Part shown: in pieces, positions 1-12,134 of the stretch
How the letters are laid out: each line of letters starts with the position of its first letter
Numbering within the stretch: the stretch's first letter is position 1
Assembly (NCBI GenBank): GCA_011109175.1
Contig: RDEW01000056.1
Coordinates: 124,001-188,000 of the forward strand
Direction of reading: 5' to 3'
DNA from: Dicyema japonicum
Lineage: Eukaryota > Animalia > Dicyemida
DNA length: 64,000 nucleotides
The notes under the pieces: generated by a model
Told to the model about the DNA's origin: nothing
Databases searched by the model: none
What the model saw: the letters and a program-made list of their open reading frames with translations, nothing else
Position numbers and translations under genes: made by a program

Positions 1-1290
1 CTCGCTGCTAAACTACTACATAGGTGTTGTGGAGTTTGAGCCCAAAGAGTATGATGAGATGGATGTTATGATCCGTGGAGTACTCAGAGAGAACCATGTC
101 CATGTGTTGGCAGCCAATAAGGAGAGACTATATTTACCCCGTGATAAATTCGGCCGTGGACTGTGTGGAGTAGTCCAACTAAGTGAGCGTATCCTAATGC
201 GAATGCACGACACCCTGATAGCTGGGTCAAGTGTGTCTGCTAGGAAGCACGCCATAATAACGACCGAGAAAACACGGGCAACCCACCTAGGCACTATCAG
301 ACCTTTTTTGTCTGCTAAGTATGGTGTTGATGATGGTGGGCTAGTAAATGTGAAGGCGTTGATCGAATTACAATATAATAATTTGATGGAAAAGATCAAC
401 TTAAAAAGCCTTCATAAGGTCCTCTTCAGAGCATTGGACAACCCACATGTCGACCTTAAGTCGTCGACAATATGGCTAAAATACGGTGACAACTCACCTC
501 GATCGGAGGCGTTGTACACGTATATGCAAGACCGCAATATTTTTTGGGGTCGATCAACAAATACATGTCCCCACTGTAAGTCAAGGAGCATGTCGGTTGA
601 TCATTTAGCCACTCGATGTGGATCCATGCTCTGCCACGACTATGTGTGGAGGCATAACGAGGTAGTAAGGAGTCTTCATCTTCTACTATGCAATAAGTAT
701 GGTATTCGCCACACCAGAAAGTTGCGGACTCATAAGGTGCAATCTGTAGTAGAGAACACCAGGTTCTAAATTAAGGTAGACAGTGTTATCCGTACCTCGG
801 TGCTAATCAAGCACAATAAACCGGACATTGTGGTACACGATAAGGAGTCTGGCCAAGTCCTTATCATAGAGTTGGCATCACGTCTCAAGACCGTTTGCAG
901 ACTGTGGAGGTGGAGAAAAAAAGGAAGTATGACTTTCTTGCAAACGAGATGGGGCAGATTAGTTGCAAAGTCCTCATTATTCCTATAGTAATGACGTGGG
1001 AAGGAATTGCATCAAAGTACCACAAGGGTTATCTGAAGCAGTTAGGGGTAGATAGGAAGCTCCAGGCCTATCTACAGTCCACTGTGTTAAAGCGGACCCT
1101 AGAGAGCTTGACACTGGAGTATAGGAGGAAGAGCCCTGAGATGCCATACGGGCAGAGGGTTCAATTTGACAATGCGCTCTCGGAGTTGTTTCAGCAACCA
1201 GAATCGAACCTGCCTGAGGAGGCGGCGAACAGGCAGACGAGGATGGTTGTTGATTAATAAATATATTAACTTTTTTATTGTTTGTTAAAT
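1..1290 (+). mobile_element. 3' part of an R4/Dong-like non-LTR retrotransposon (RT C-terminal region, CCHC finger, restriction-like endonuclease), with a stop codon and a frameshift
   Basis: ORFs 29-769, 800-988 and 895-1257 carry CPHC...DHLATRC, RHNEVV, KPDIVVHD...IIE and EKKRKY, the RLE signature; AT-rich tail after the stop at 1257. Confidence 0.85.
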
Positions 1291-1379
1291 AAAGGTGGTA
1301 AATAAGTTATTGTCTCTTTTATTTTCTTTTATTATAATAAATTTTTTGAATAATTTAATTAATTAATTGATTCACTATT

Positions 1380-2320
1380 GCATGCCGTTTCTCGTTAACC
1401 AAAAGGGAAATAGAAGTTTAGAACATGATGGAATTTTATATCATTTGAATATGACACAATGCTTCAAATAATTAAACGTCTCATTCCGGATTTAGAACCA
1501 AGAGTTATTGTCTCAGATTTTGAAAAAGGAGCAATAAACTCTTTTCAAAAATCATTTCCAAACGCACGGATAAATTGCTGCATGTTCCATCTAGGACAAA
1601 ATATTAATAAAAAAAATATTGGAACTAGGAATTTTCAACGACATAAATAATGAAGATATAAATAGGTTAAATGTGATTTAAAATTAACGATAGATTTGTA
1701 AAACTGTTGAAATGCCTCTCCTTTATTCCTACACATTCTGTAAAGAACACTTTTGATTGTATAGTGTCGAGATCAGATTTTCCTGAAATTCTAAATCCAT
1801 TATATCAATATTTTTCAATCAATTATATTGGAAATCAAGAAAATGCATTTATTCCAAGATTTCCAATTAATTATTGGAATAATCGGGTTAATTTATATGA
1901 GGACTTACATCGGACAAATAGCTCAATTGAATGCTGGCACAACGTTTTTAGAAGTACATTTGGGACACTAAACAAGTCGCCAAGAAATTTTGTAAAGAAA
2001 TTGATAAAAGAAGGCATAATGATTAAATTCTTAAGATTACAAAATGGTGAAAAAATTCTTAGAAAAACTTAATATATCGCTTTATCTGAGAATATATTGA
2101 GATTTGTTCAAGAACAAATATTACTTAATATGAATCCGACAGAATATATATTCAATTTAGTAGAATATGTGTTCTATTAACATTTATAATCATTTTCTTT
2201 TTTTTCTTTTAAAAATAAATATTTCAATTTAAACTTATATAAAAATATTAAAAAAGATGACTTTTTTAGCTAAAGATGTCGAGGACCTTGGTAAAATGTT
2301 CCACTTAGCCATAGGACCCC
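1380..2320 (+). mobile_element. MULE/Mutator transposase remnant
   Basis: SDFEKGAINSF...CCMFHLGQ and RTNSSIECWHN motifs in ORFs 1459-1650 and 1707-2072; ~40-bp direct repeat at ~2257 and ~2352 near the end. Confidence 0.8.
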
Positions 2321-2449
2321 TTAAAATCAATTTTTATAAGATTTAAAAAAAATGACTTTTTTACCTAAAGATGTCGAGGACCTTGGTAAAATATCTCGTG
2401 ATGTTTATTGATGAACTTATCCAAAACTTGAGAAAATTTATCGGAGGCC

Positions 2450-3720
2450 ATTTTGAATGGGAACCGCAGCAACGTATTGCAATGAAACGAATTCGCGTTG
2501 TGTAACAGAGATGATAATCGGGTTCCGTGCTAGTAGGTCATCACGGTAGAAGAGGGAGGTTCCCGTACCGGCATTGGTATTGCTATTGAGCTACATTCCT
2601 CCGTTGTAGTAGTATTGGTCTTTTTTATCTTGGTCTCGTTGACCACCAGGAAGTCAATCCTGGTGGGCCGATTTTTCTTACCTTCTGTCTTGATTCCATT
2701 TTATTGTTGCGAGTATCAAATTTTTGTTTAGCATCTAATATCACTGGGCATCCTCCATATTTGCCCCGTGTTTAGAAGATCAAAAGTTGACACAGTTTGT
2801 TTTCGATCTCGGATCTATCTTGCATTCGGAGATATCTTGTTCCCCTGGACATCGGATACAATTCTTCCTCTCATTGCATTTGTATGCAAAGTGTCCAATT
2901 TGTTGGCAGCTATAGCAAATCGAAGGCACTCTTCGCATCCATTTGCAAGTGACCACGTTTCCTCCAATGAAAAAGCCGCAACGGTCTATCGATTGTGGCA
3001 ATGTGTGTTTTCCTAGATTCAAGGAACAGCTGGATTCCATTCTTTCTGAGACAAATGTTAAACTTTCGTTCCAAATCAGTCATGAACTGATACAACATAC
3101 ATTCAATTTTATAAGAAATTGGAACAAGCTGTCCCCGTTCAAAATTAGAATTACTTTCCATTAGCTAATTAGTCCATTTAAAACCCCCCAATCCACGTTG
3201 AGGCTAGAACAGTACAAACATTATAGAGAAAGCTATGGTCCACCGATCGTACCCTTTCTTTACATCAATTAAACTGTTGAACAAACTTTTTCCATTTTGG
3301 TTTACTAAGAGAGAGTATTCTACTTCAGTAATCTGCCTTCCAATGATATTGAGCGACTTTAAATTTTTATCTATTCCCACACCGTCTCCCAAAACGAGAG
3401 GTGTTTGTCATTTTCAAATCCAAACTCAGTTCTCTGGTCCTCATTGGTAGGGTTAGAATAGAATCTCCACAATTTTCTTAAAAAGCACAATTATCATTCC
3501 TGAGTGCCTTCTTCTCTTCATAAAATTATTATTTTCTCAATATCTTGATTCTGTGCTTGATAATAATAAAAACTCATGTTAGCTCGCCTTTCTCAGATTT
3601 CTTATATCCATAACATATCTATCCTTTTCCCTTGGTTTTTGATTAGGAAAGGTATTGGGAAGAATAAGGTTCTCATAAAGTCCAGAAATTTTCTTTTCTG
3701 GATTTTCTTTTTAAAAACTT
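2450..3720 (-). mobile_element. Degenerate LINE ORF1 (gag-like, zinc knuckles)
   Basis: CYSCQQIGHFAYKC then CIRC... and CVN in ORF 2780-3040; a homologous decayed copy lies at ~17890-18800. Confidence 0.7.
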
Positions 3721-4199
3721 GTCGTTGATATTCTTCATATTAGAAAACCATAAATCCCATTTGGCAACACCGGTAAATTTCTGTGAGTCACATTCAAAAT
3801 GCGCATGCGTTACTCACGTCGAGTCGAAAACATGATACGAGCATTACGTCAAACCATTCATTTCATATGCTATGCTTCATAGGCGCGTCTTGCTCTTGGA
3901 CAAATTCCATGAAAATCGAGGCTTGCAAAAAAATGGCTTCCAAAATTACGAATAGATGAACTTATAGAAATTCGCAGTCTTCAATGGCTCTCAAAACCTT
4001 AATAAGTAAGAACCGAGGAACGTGTCGTTGAGACTACATGGAACCAGTTATTCGTAGACTTGCGTAGACATGAGGGAGGATCCAAGCTGAAGTCTCTTTT
4101 GGACCTGCTAGGATCACTTGATTAGTTTATTTCGTGTTACTGTTGTCTTTAGAATTCATTTTCTTTAAAAAATAAAATTTCTTTGATAAAGTTATTTTT

Positions 4200-4330
4200 A
4201 ATAAATTTGTCACTTCATCGCTCATATAAATTAAATTATTCATCTCTGATAGAATAAAATTATCATGTTTATTGGATGTCTGAGAAAAAATATTGTTTTT
4301 AAGTTTTTTGATTGTTATTTGTATATTGTT
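4200..4330 (+). pseudogene. 5' fragment paralogous to the HtrL-like gene at 11270
   Basis: Shares the AAATTATTCATC-type upstream repeats and the N-terminal TM coding stretch (TTGATTGTTATTTGTATATTGTT) with 11195-11340. Confidence 0.55.
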
Positions 4331-4334
4331 GAAG

Positions 4335-4740
4335 TTTTTTGGTCCAAGAAAATCCAGCATATGTGTCATCGCTCTCAAGTGGAAGCCTTTTGGTCCAATA
4401 TTCCTACGTATTACAACCGGACTCTCTTGGGAAAAAGTCTTCGACAAAGCTCGTTGCGAATGGTGTGAAACAGTTTGGATATGGCGAACGATCCTTCGAG
4501 GCAACGTGACTGGGATGATATTTACTCTAAGAATATCTTCGATGTGCTAAAGTCTGAAGCCAACCAGCATCGTCTTGCATGCCTTATGTCCGCCGCCAAC
4601 CATGGGAGCGGAGTGTGGCTGGATGCATCCCGTTTTCCTCCCTGGGGACCCATTGGACGATGACTGTATTCGGATTGGGATCGCACAACGCCTGCGAGCT
4701 GATGATGGCGTCGAACACCAATGTCGCTGTGGATCCCATT
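4335..4740 (+). mobile_element. CRE-clade non-LTR retrotransposon fragment
   Basis: QRDWDD, SGVWLDA, IRIGIAQRL and QCRCG motifs typical of the region between RT and RLE in CRE elements. Confidence 0.7.
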
Positions 4741-4968
4741 CGTATTCAGTTGTATAATTGTAAAACCTCTCCATGGACAAGGATTGGTTTCGACGTCTCC
4801 ACATAGAAGAATCAGAAGTCTGAACAAATGGGGATACCAGACAGGGTCGAACACACAGGAGATGAAAAGACCACTGGACGGTGAGGAGAAGCTGTTGGCT
4901 ATTTTCGTTCCTTTTTGGAATGGATGAAACCATTTCTGGTGTGCCACATGACACCACGCTAACAACAT
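4722..4968 (-). mobile_element. 5' fragment of a Vingi/Ingi-like LINE: 2A-like peptide followed by the start of the APE endonuclease
   Basis: FRLLILLCGDVETNPCP (2A consensus D[V/I]ExNPGP) directly followed by FTIIQLNTNGI (APE motif I). Confidence 0.7.
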
Positions 4969-4989
4969 TTATTCCTCGAACCTTTTATA

Positions 4990-5540
4990 ATTATAATTTT
5001 AGACTTTTTTGATTAATGAATTAATGAAAATTAGATTATTATAATTATAAAATTATTATAAATATCATTTTTTTAATTATTAATACTAAATTCATCAATA
5101 TAACAAGTAGATAATTCAACCAATTAGCCACGTAATAATAATAACCAATTAGCCTCTTAAACCAACAAATTATGTGATCCCGGTACGCCTCAACAGGAGC
5201 GAGAGGATTTTATATGTGCTAGTTTGCCAAATAGGGGATTGATCTTGATGAATTTGATTTCGAAGCTCCATAGGCCCATGAGGCACAAGCATACTCAATC
5301 GTCGGTTTTAGGAGTTGATTGAACACGACAAGGGCGCATTCCTGTCACGACCTTGACTTCAAGAGCAGTTTAATTATATTCAGTTTCCTTAGACCCTTTG
5401 TCAAAACGTTTTTCACATGTTGAGAAAATGTCATCAAAGGGTCAATTATAATTTTAGACTTTTTTGATTAATCAATTAATGAAAATTAAATTATTATAAT
5501 TATAAAATTAATATAAATATCATTTTTTTAATGATTAAAA
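4990..5540. repeat. Pair of ~90-bp AT-rich direct repeats (~4990-5080 and ~5445-5535)
   Basis: TTATAATTTTAGACTTTTTTGATTAAT...AAATATCATTTTTTTAA occurs twice with few mismatches. Confidence 0.8.
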
Positions 5541-5583
5541 GTTTATTGCAAAATACGGTTACAAATGTAATTTATAAATAATA

Positions 5584-6637
5584 ATGGTAGACAAGCGATA
5601 ATTCAATTGAACAGATTTTCATTTTTTTGAGGATGTTATGCCGTATACAATCGAAATGAATAACTTGATCTACCAATTTTTTATTGAATTCTCAGAAGAA
5701 TTTTACAACATCTCAATAAAAATAAAATTAAATTCTAGTATTTAATAGTTAACACATAAAGATAATCGAATCTATACAAATACAACAAATGTTCAGAATA
5801 TTAAACAAGGAAATTATTACAGATGCGGATTTATATCAGTAAATTTTAAGAATCGTGATACTCTCACATTATATTCTTTGGTGATAGAATTTTACACTAA
5901 TGGATCACATCCAGCTTTAATTGGAAAAGGTTTTATATAATTTAATTCAGCACATGACTGTGATCCATCTAACAATCCAAAAGTTCGAAATTGGTATTTT
6001 ATTGCGGAAAATCGACTGAAAGCTATATTAAGTGGGCATTTTAAAATCATAATTTTTCATAAACGTAGTGTTGAAATAGTAAGTTGTATATTTTAATATT
6101 AGATTAATGATTTATAAGTTTTTTTGAAAATGTGAAAACGAAGATTAATTTTGATAACAAAAGTGTTGAGTTAACTCTTAAGGGGAGACATTTTGAAATA
6201 CTTTTTACATTTATTTTGTCTCAAGACAAATATTATATGTCTAAAATTCAGTTAATCGTCAATAATATCTATATTGTGTCTTGGATTCTTAAAAAGACCA
6301 AATTGATTGATGTTGAAAATTCATGTTACTTTGAATTCTCTCTCACTAAATTTTCTGATGAAATATATGCTGAGTTTTCACAATTTAAGGCACAAATTCT
6401 TCGGGATGACTATAATTTCCATTTTACTGGAAAAGGTTTGATTTTTCATGAATTTTAGAGTTGAAATGTTTTGAAAAAATAACTCCCGGAAAAAATACAA
6501 TTTCTAATCATTCAAAAATGTATATAATTGTAGGATCTACACTCACCGTTTTAACATTTACAATCATCGGAGTCATCGCATTTGTTTTTAAGCGCCGAAA
6601 TGTGATAAGACAAATGGTATATGTTCCTATTCTTTAA
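5584..6637 (+). pseudogene. LAMP-like (lysosome-associated membrane protein family) type I membrane protein, tiny introns, disrupted frame
   Basis: Spliced reading gives ...FSQFKAQILRDDYNFHFTGK/ELKC..., a TM helix (LTVLTFTIIGVIAFVF) and a short tail KRRNVIRQMVYVPIL* with YxxI; in-frame stop near 6115; start position uncertain. Confidence 0.5.
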
Positions 6638-6999
6638 CTGTTGTAATTTTCTGTTGTTTCTTTTTTTAAATACTCCCAAGCACGTTACATAATAATTTCG
6701 TTAATTATCCTCTTCCAATTAGCTCTTTCTTGTTTTCTGTATTCTGCAATTTCAACTCTTTCTGATATCGTGATTTTGGGATACTCGCAGACAAGATCAT
6801 ATTTTTTTTCTCTGGAAAATCTGACTCGTAATGTGGCATCTGCATACACCTTTTTGCATTCAAAATTATAGATTTTCCAAATTGAATGCTTAGGAGGCAT
6901 CGCTAGTATTCGAGAACTTTAAATAACCAAATACAACAGCCTCTGACCAGATTTCATCAGTAGACCGTCGTCGTCCATACGAGTGAAGTCATAGGGCCT

Positions 7000-8560
7000 T
7001 AGAAGATCTCTTTTTAAGATTGCTTAGGTCAATGATATCAAAAACAACAACGATTTATTAAGAAAAGAGTTAAGGAGTTTTCTGTAGGGTATTACATCTG
7101 AGTCCTACCATAAGGCATGGAATCCACACCTGGACCATTATTCCTTTTTTTATTAATTTTTTTCAGGACGTTTTTCCCAGCTTTATATACGTGTCCTGGA
7201 TCTTTGATCTTCTCCTGAATCCATTGATCTAATCCTCCATAATCCTGCTAATCGGTTCTAAGAGCTTGTTTTCGTCATCGCTTAGACAGTCTTTCAATTT
7301 CTTGTTTAAGGAGAGCTTAATTGCAGCTCTCCTAGTCTTCTCTAAGAGGGATAAAATCTTCTCCCTTTTCAGAGAGAAAAACCACCCTTCGCACCCATAA
7401 AGTAGGCTAGGAAGAATAACTTCCTTGAAGATGAACGTGTAACTTTAGGTAGGTGTCGCAGCTAACATGTAACTTACGTGTACATAGGAGAGACTGAAAG
7501 GCTCTCTTTCTCCTCCCTTTTATGTCGTCCATGTAATCTCCTGCGTGTCCATAGTCGACCCCCAGGTAGCGCAGACTGTGTGAATTGTTTACTCCTAGTG
7601 TGTATTCTTGTTTCAGGTGCTTTTTCACATTGCTTATTCTGAGTGCGCAGGATTTTTCAGCAGAAAGCTTTAGCCCTCTCAAGTTGCACCAATGCTCAAT
7701 CTGGTCAACATACTCCCGAATTTTTTCTTCAGATATAGAAGATTTTAGAGATGTGTCTACCACGATTACGTCATCCGCATAAATAAGAAGACTCGTATTA
7801 ATATTCCTCGGACGCGGAGAACTCGCCATGAATATATTAAACAAAATAGGACTCAACACCGAACCTTGTGGTACTCCCCCCTTGAATGATATTGCATCGG
7901 ATATATTTCCACACACCTTCACAAAAGATTGTCTTTCCTGAAGATAATTTTTTAGCCAAACAAATGGGTATCTTGGAACACATGCTGATACAAGCTGCTT
8001 TAACAACGCTTCATGCATCACTGTCGAATACTTTCGAGATATCAAGACATAATAAGTTTTTTGCATCTTGGAATCCCTTGCTTCATGATTTCAGAATTCA
8101 GTAGATAGAAACAGTCTGCACAGCCTCTTCCGGGACGAAAACCCCACTGCTCCGAAATCAGAAAGTTATTCTCTTCTATATGTCTGCTTAGCCTTTTGAA
8201 ATGATACGTTCACTCACTTTCGCTAAAGAACATATTAAGCTAATTGGTCTGTAGCTTGCCGGATCTCTCTTGGCATCCCTGGTTTTGGAATCATCCTCAC
8301 AACAGCTTTCTTCCATATTAAAGGGAGGTGGCCAAGTCGTAAACACCCATCATAAAGACATCGCAGATAATCAAATAAAATATCCGACCCTTTTTGATAA
8401 GTTTCATTGATATGTGGTCATATCCTAAAGCATTGACCTTGCATTCCCTGATAGCTCTCATCACTTCCAAAACGCTGACAATGCTTTCAGCAATAGGCAG
8501 TTCCTCGTCGAAGTGTTTAAATATATCGCCAGACACCTTCTTTTGTCATCAGGAATCAAA
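7000..8560 (-). mobile_element. Decayed LINE ORF2 (RT domain), I/Jockey group
   Basis: GVPQGSVLSPILFNIF, IYADD and RYLGV in ORF 7407-8066; a related copy lies at ~49100-49790 (+). Confidence 0.85.
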
Positions 8561-8589
8561 CTCAACGGAACCACACCATGATTTTTGGA

Positions 8590-9275
8590 GCTGATCCCTG
8601 AATATATAAATATGTTTCCTCCGTTATGCATACTCCCCCGTCTGGTTTATTCAATATAATTTTTTTGGAGCCATTGAGTTGCTGCCTCAATGACCGGTTT
8701 GAGCGAATACCAGTTCATTGTGAGGGAGTTTGTTTCAGAACAAATCACCTTCTTTTTATCTATGACCTGAAGATGTATGCTCGAACAGCCGAGGAGCTCC
8801 ACTCCATGGGAGTCTGTGCCAGGGAATTCGGTACTTTTGCAATACATGATCGACGAAATAAGGCTCTAAATGAATTAATGAATTTTTTTTGAATTTCAAA
8901 ATTTTATTTTAAAAAAATTATAATAATTTTTACTAATTCGACATTGTTTAATTTTTTTTAATTTTGGATCGAATATTCAAAAAAATTTTATTAATTCATT
9001 TAGAGTCTTATTTCGTGAAGCATGTATTGCAAAAGTACCGGGAATTTTTTGAGAGTATAGGACTAGATTTGAATTATTCAAAGTCTGCGACTAACACGCA
9101 AGTATCTAGCGAGTTAATAAGAGTCCTAGAGGAACACGAAAAATATACGTATCTGGGTGTTACCGAATCTCCGAAGTCTCTTATAATGCCTGAGACAAAG
9201 CGACAATTTACTGAAGGCATCCTTAAAAGAGCAGCGTTATTATGTAAGACGTCTCTAAATCAAAGGAATTTGTGA
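8590..9275 (+). mobile_element. R4-like RT fragments
   Basis: NHLLFIYDLKMYA and YTYLGV motifs, separated by an AT-rich insert. Confidence 0.65.
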
Positions 9276-9289
9276 ACCGGACTATCTTG

Positions 9290-10950
9290 GATGTGAGATG
9301 TGGCAAATCGGCATTTTTTTATTTACCCCAATATCACCGGATTAGAAAAAGATAACTAAGTGATCCCTGTTTTCGGAGTTCTGGCTCACATAAGGACCAT
9401 AAGAAGTAGGATGTATCCCCGAAATATTTCAGTGAACCGAAAAAGGAACCGGATACGATTCACTTCACTGAAGATGACGTGAGATATACATTGAAAGCCA
9501 TTAAAACAACCTATTCTAACGGACCGGATAAGATCCCAATGATCCTCCTAAAGAATCTTGGAGACTAACAGCATTTATAGAGATCTCTCTAGAAGAGCTG
9601 AAGATAGCAATAAGAGATGTCAAGAATCAAGCTTCGGGCAGTGATTTCATCAAAGCTAGGATGTTCAAAGAAGGTCCAGAAATTTTAATCTGTTCATAAA
9701 GATATGTTCAATGCATGCATAAAAATTGGTCATGCTTCACACGAATGGCAAAAAACTATTGTACGGATGGTAGCGAAGACAGGAAGATCGAAGAATGATC
9801 ATTCAATTATCGCTCGATAAGCCTGATTCGGTCAATTTCGAAAATTATAGAAAAATTGTCTTCTGGAGGCTTATAAATCAGCTGGAAAAAAAGACTACTT
9901 AAGAAATGATCAATTTGGTGTTCGCCCAGGGCGGTCATGCGGTGACTGGATATTTCATATCAACTCCAAGTTATGCAAAGACAGAGAATCCAAATGTTTT
10001 CTGAATGTCATATGTCTCGACATATCAAAAGCATTTGACAGTGTTAACTACAGAATCATAATCGTTCAGTTATTTCGGACGAAAAACCTAAAGGAACTAG
10101 TGAATTGGGTGAAAGTAGGAAAAAAATCCTATGCTAGATGCGGACGCTAATTTTCAAGTATGATGTTATTGAAGAGAGGAGTTCCACAATTTGAGCCCTC
10201 TATTAATTAACGTTCTAGTGGCCGGCTACCCGTCTCCGACTACACCAAAAACGAGATCTCTGATATACGCAGACGACGTGCTACTGTCTGTTGTGTCGAG
10301 ATCGAGCATGATCTCAGAGAAGAGACTCAATGTGTACATGGAAGAGATAAAAGACTCGTGCTGTCTTCATGGATTAAAACTGTCAGAAAAAAATTTAGTG
10401 CAATGAGGTTTTTCAATCGGAATGGTAAAGGAAATCAGAAAGACTCCATATGCGGAATTAACATTGTGAGCTCCTTGAAGTATCTCGGAACAGATTTTGA
10501 TAAATCTTGGAGCACATTGTGCAATTTTAAACTCAAAAGGAAAAAAGCCCACCATGCAATATTGTGTATGAGGAAATTGAGACTCTAAACGGATATGTTT
10601 TTATTCATTTTTTCACGTACGATCATTCCATCATTCCATTATGGACTGTTAGGATGGTATTACACTGCATACAAAGAGTTTTTTTTATCTTGCTTCTTGA
10701 AAAATCGAGGAGAGCAGGGATCAAGATTGCCCTACATTAAAGGCTCGACGAGAAGCTAGATGATGAAAATTTGCTAGTAAAGTCGATAAGAGATGAAGCA
10801 GAAAAAAATAGAAAACTTCCTAAAATGAGATGCCATCATTGACTCGTATGTTGCAGCACAGAATAATTGATAAGAGGGGTCTGAGAGCGCAGAAAAGAGT
10901 CCAAGATTTTGCAAAACTTGCGGTATGAGGCCAACTGACTCCCTCTTTAA
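9290..10950 (+). mobile_element. Decayed LINE ORF2 (RT)
   Basis: GPDKIP, DISKAFDSV, IYADD and KYLG motifs across frameshifts; a related copy on the opposite strand at 45895-47350. Confidence 0.85.
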
Positions 10951-11269
10951 TTTTTTTGCTAATAAAGTTATTAAAGTTAAAGACAAGGGTGAAGCCAAAC
11001 TAATTAATTCTTTGATCCTGATGAGTTCACAAGAACTTCACACAATAACAATGATTCAAAGGAATGTTTGGAAAGCTGAGGTCGATTCTAGAACTCGTAG
11101 TCAGAAAACGAAATTGTATCAATTTCAAAATTGCCAAATTAAAGAGTGGCAAATTCAAGAAAGTTTCTGTATGTAATATTCAACTCTGAAATAAATAAAT
11201 TATTCATCGCTGATAAATTATTCATCACAGATATAAATAAATTATTCATCGTTAATAAAAATAAATTCA

Positions 11270-12134
11270 CATGGGTAGTGGACATATCAGCAAAAATATC
11301 ATTTTCTTGCTTTGTTTGATCGTTATTTGTATATTGTTTGTGGAAAATTGATGTAAAGAGTTTATAATATTTAGAAGAATGACAGAGCTTACAACAAAGT
11401 CATCTTATTAGTCAGTGGATACTATAATATAGGAGGTTTTATGAAACCAGGTGGGTTTCGTAGACCTCAAGAGTATTTTATGTTTATGAAAAAATTTGCC
11501 TTTATTGAAAACCATCTTGTATTTTTCTCAGACGACGAACAAAATCCTCAGACGCATGGGTAAGATTAGAAAAAAACCTTCCTACCACTTTAATTAACCT
11601 AAACAGGTCAGAATTGATTGGGTTTAAAAAAATTGAAGAAATAAAGCATATTTTCACACTTCCTGGATTTGGCTTGTATTCTGAAGAAACTGGAAATTAT
11701 AACTACTCTGCGGTCACGAATTCCAAACACGATATTTTGAAAAGAGCAATCGTAATGTTCTCCATAATTTCTCATACGTCGCCTGGGTTGATGTCGGTCT
11801 TTTCCGCAACGTGAAAACTACAAAAATGTATAAACTGAAAAAACAAAATACGTGTACGATACACGTGTCACTATGAGTCAAGTAAAAAAATATGAAGAAT
11901 ATCCTATCGAAAATGTCATAAAAAATGCAAGAGTTTGGGTATCTGGAGCTGTATTTATAGTCCTGTTGACCTAATGTACAAATTATGTGATAATTACGAA
12001 AAGTTTTTTCTTAAATTGTTATCTCTGAAACTGATGGCGACTGACGAACAAGTACTATTCTCAATGTACAAATTCGAAGGAATCGGACTTTTGGATAATA
12101 AAGTAAAACTGAGCCTCTATCAATGCAATTATTA
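11270..12134 (+). pseudogene. HtrL/YibB-like protein with N-terminal TM; frameshifted, 3' end interrupted by a Ginger element (remainder at ~16321-16445)
   Basis: LVSGYYNIG...EYFMFMKKFAFIENHLVFFSDD, VAWVDVGLFR, WVSGAVF and TDEQVLFSMY motifs; removing 12135-16325 rejoins the frame (QCNYYPLY). Confidence 0.6.

Noticed and set aside
4990-5540. Direct repeats as LTRs of a miniature LTR element
   Set aside because: No TG...CA termini, PBS, PPT or TSD visible.
9468-9500. Penelope-type hammerhead-like CTGAAGA...GAAA
   Set aside because: Stem II does not pair; the sequence is LINE coding frame (FTEDDVRYTLKAI before GPD).
11018-11045. Hammerhead-like CTGATGAG-TTC-ACAA-GAAC
   Set aside because: Stem II is followed by TTCA instead of the essential GAAA, and no stems I or III are evident.
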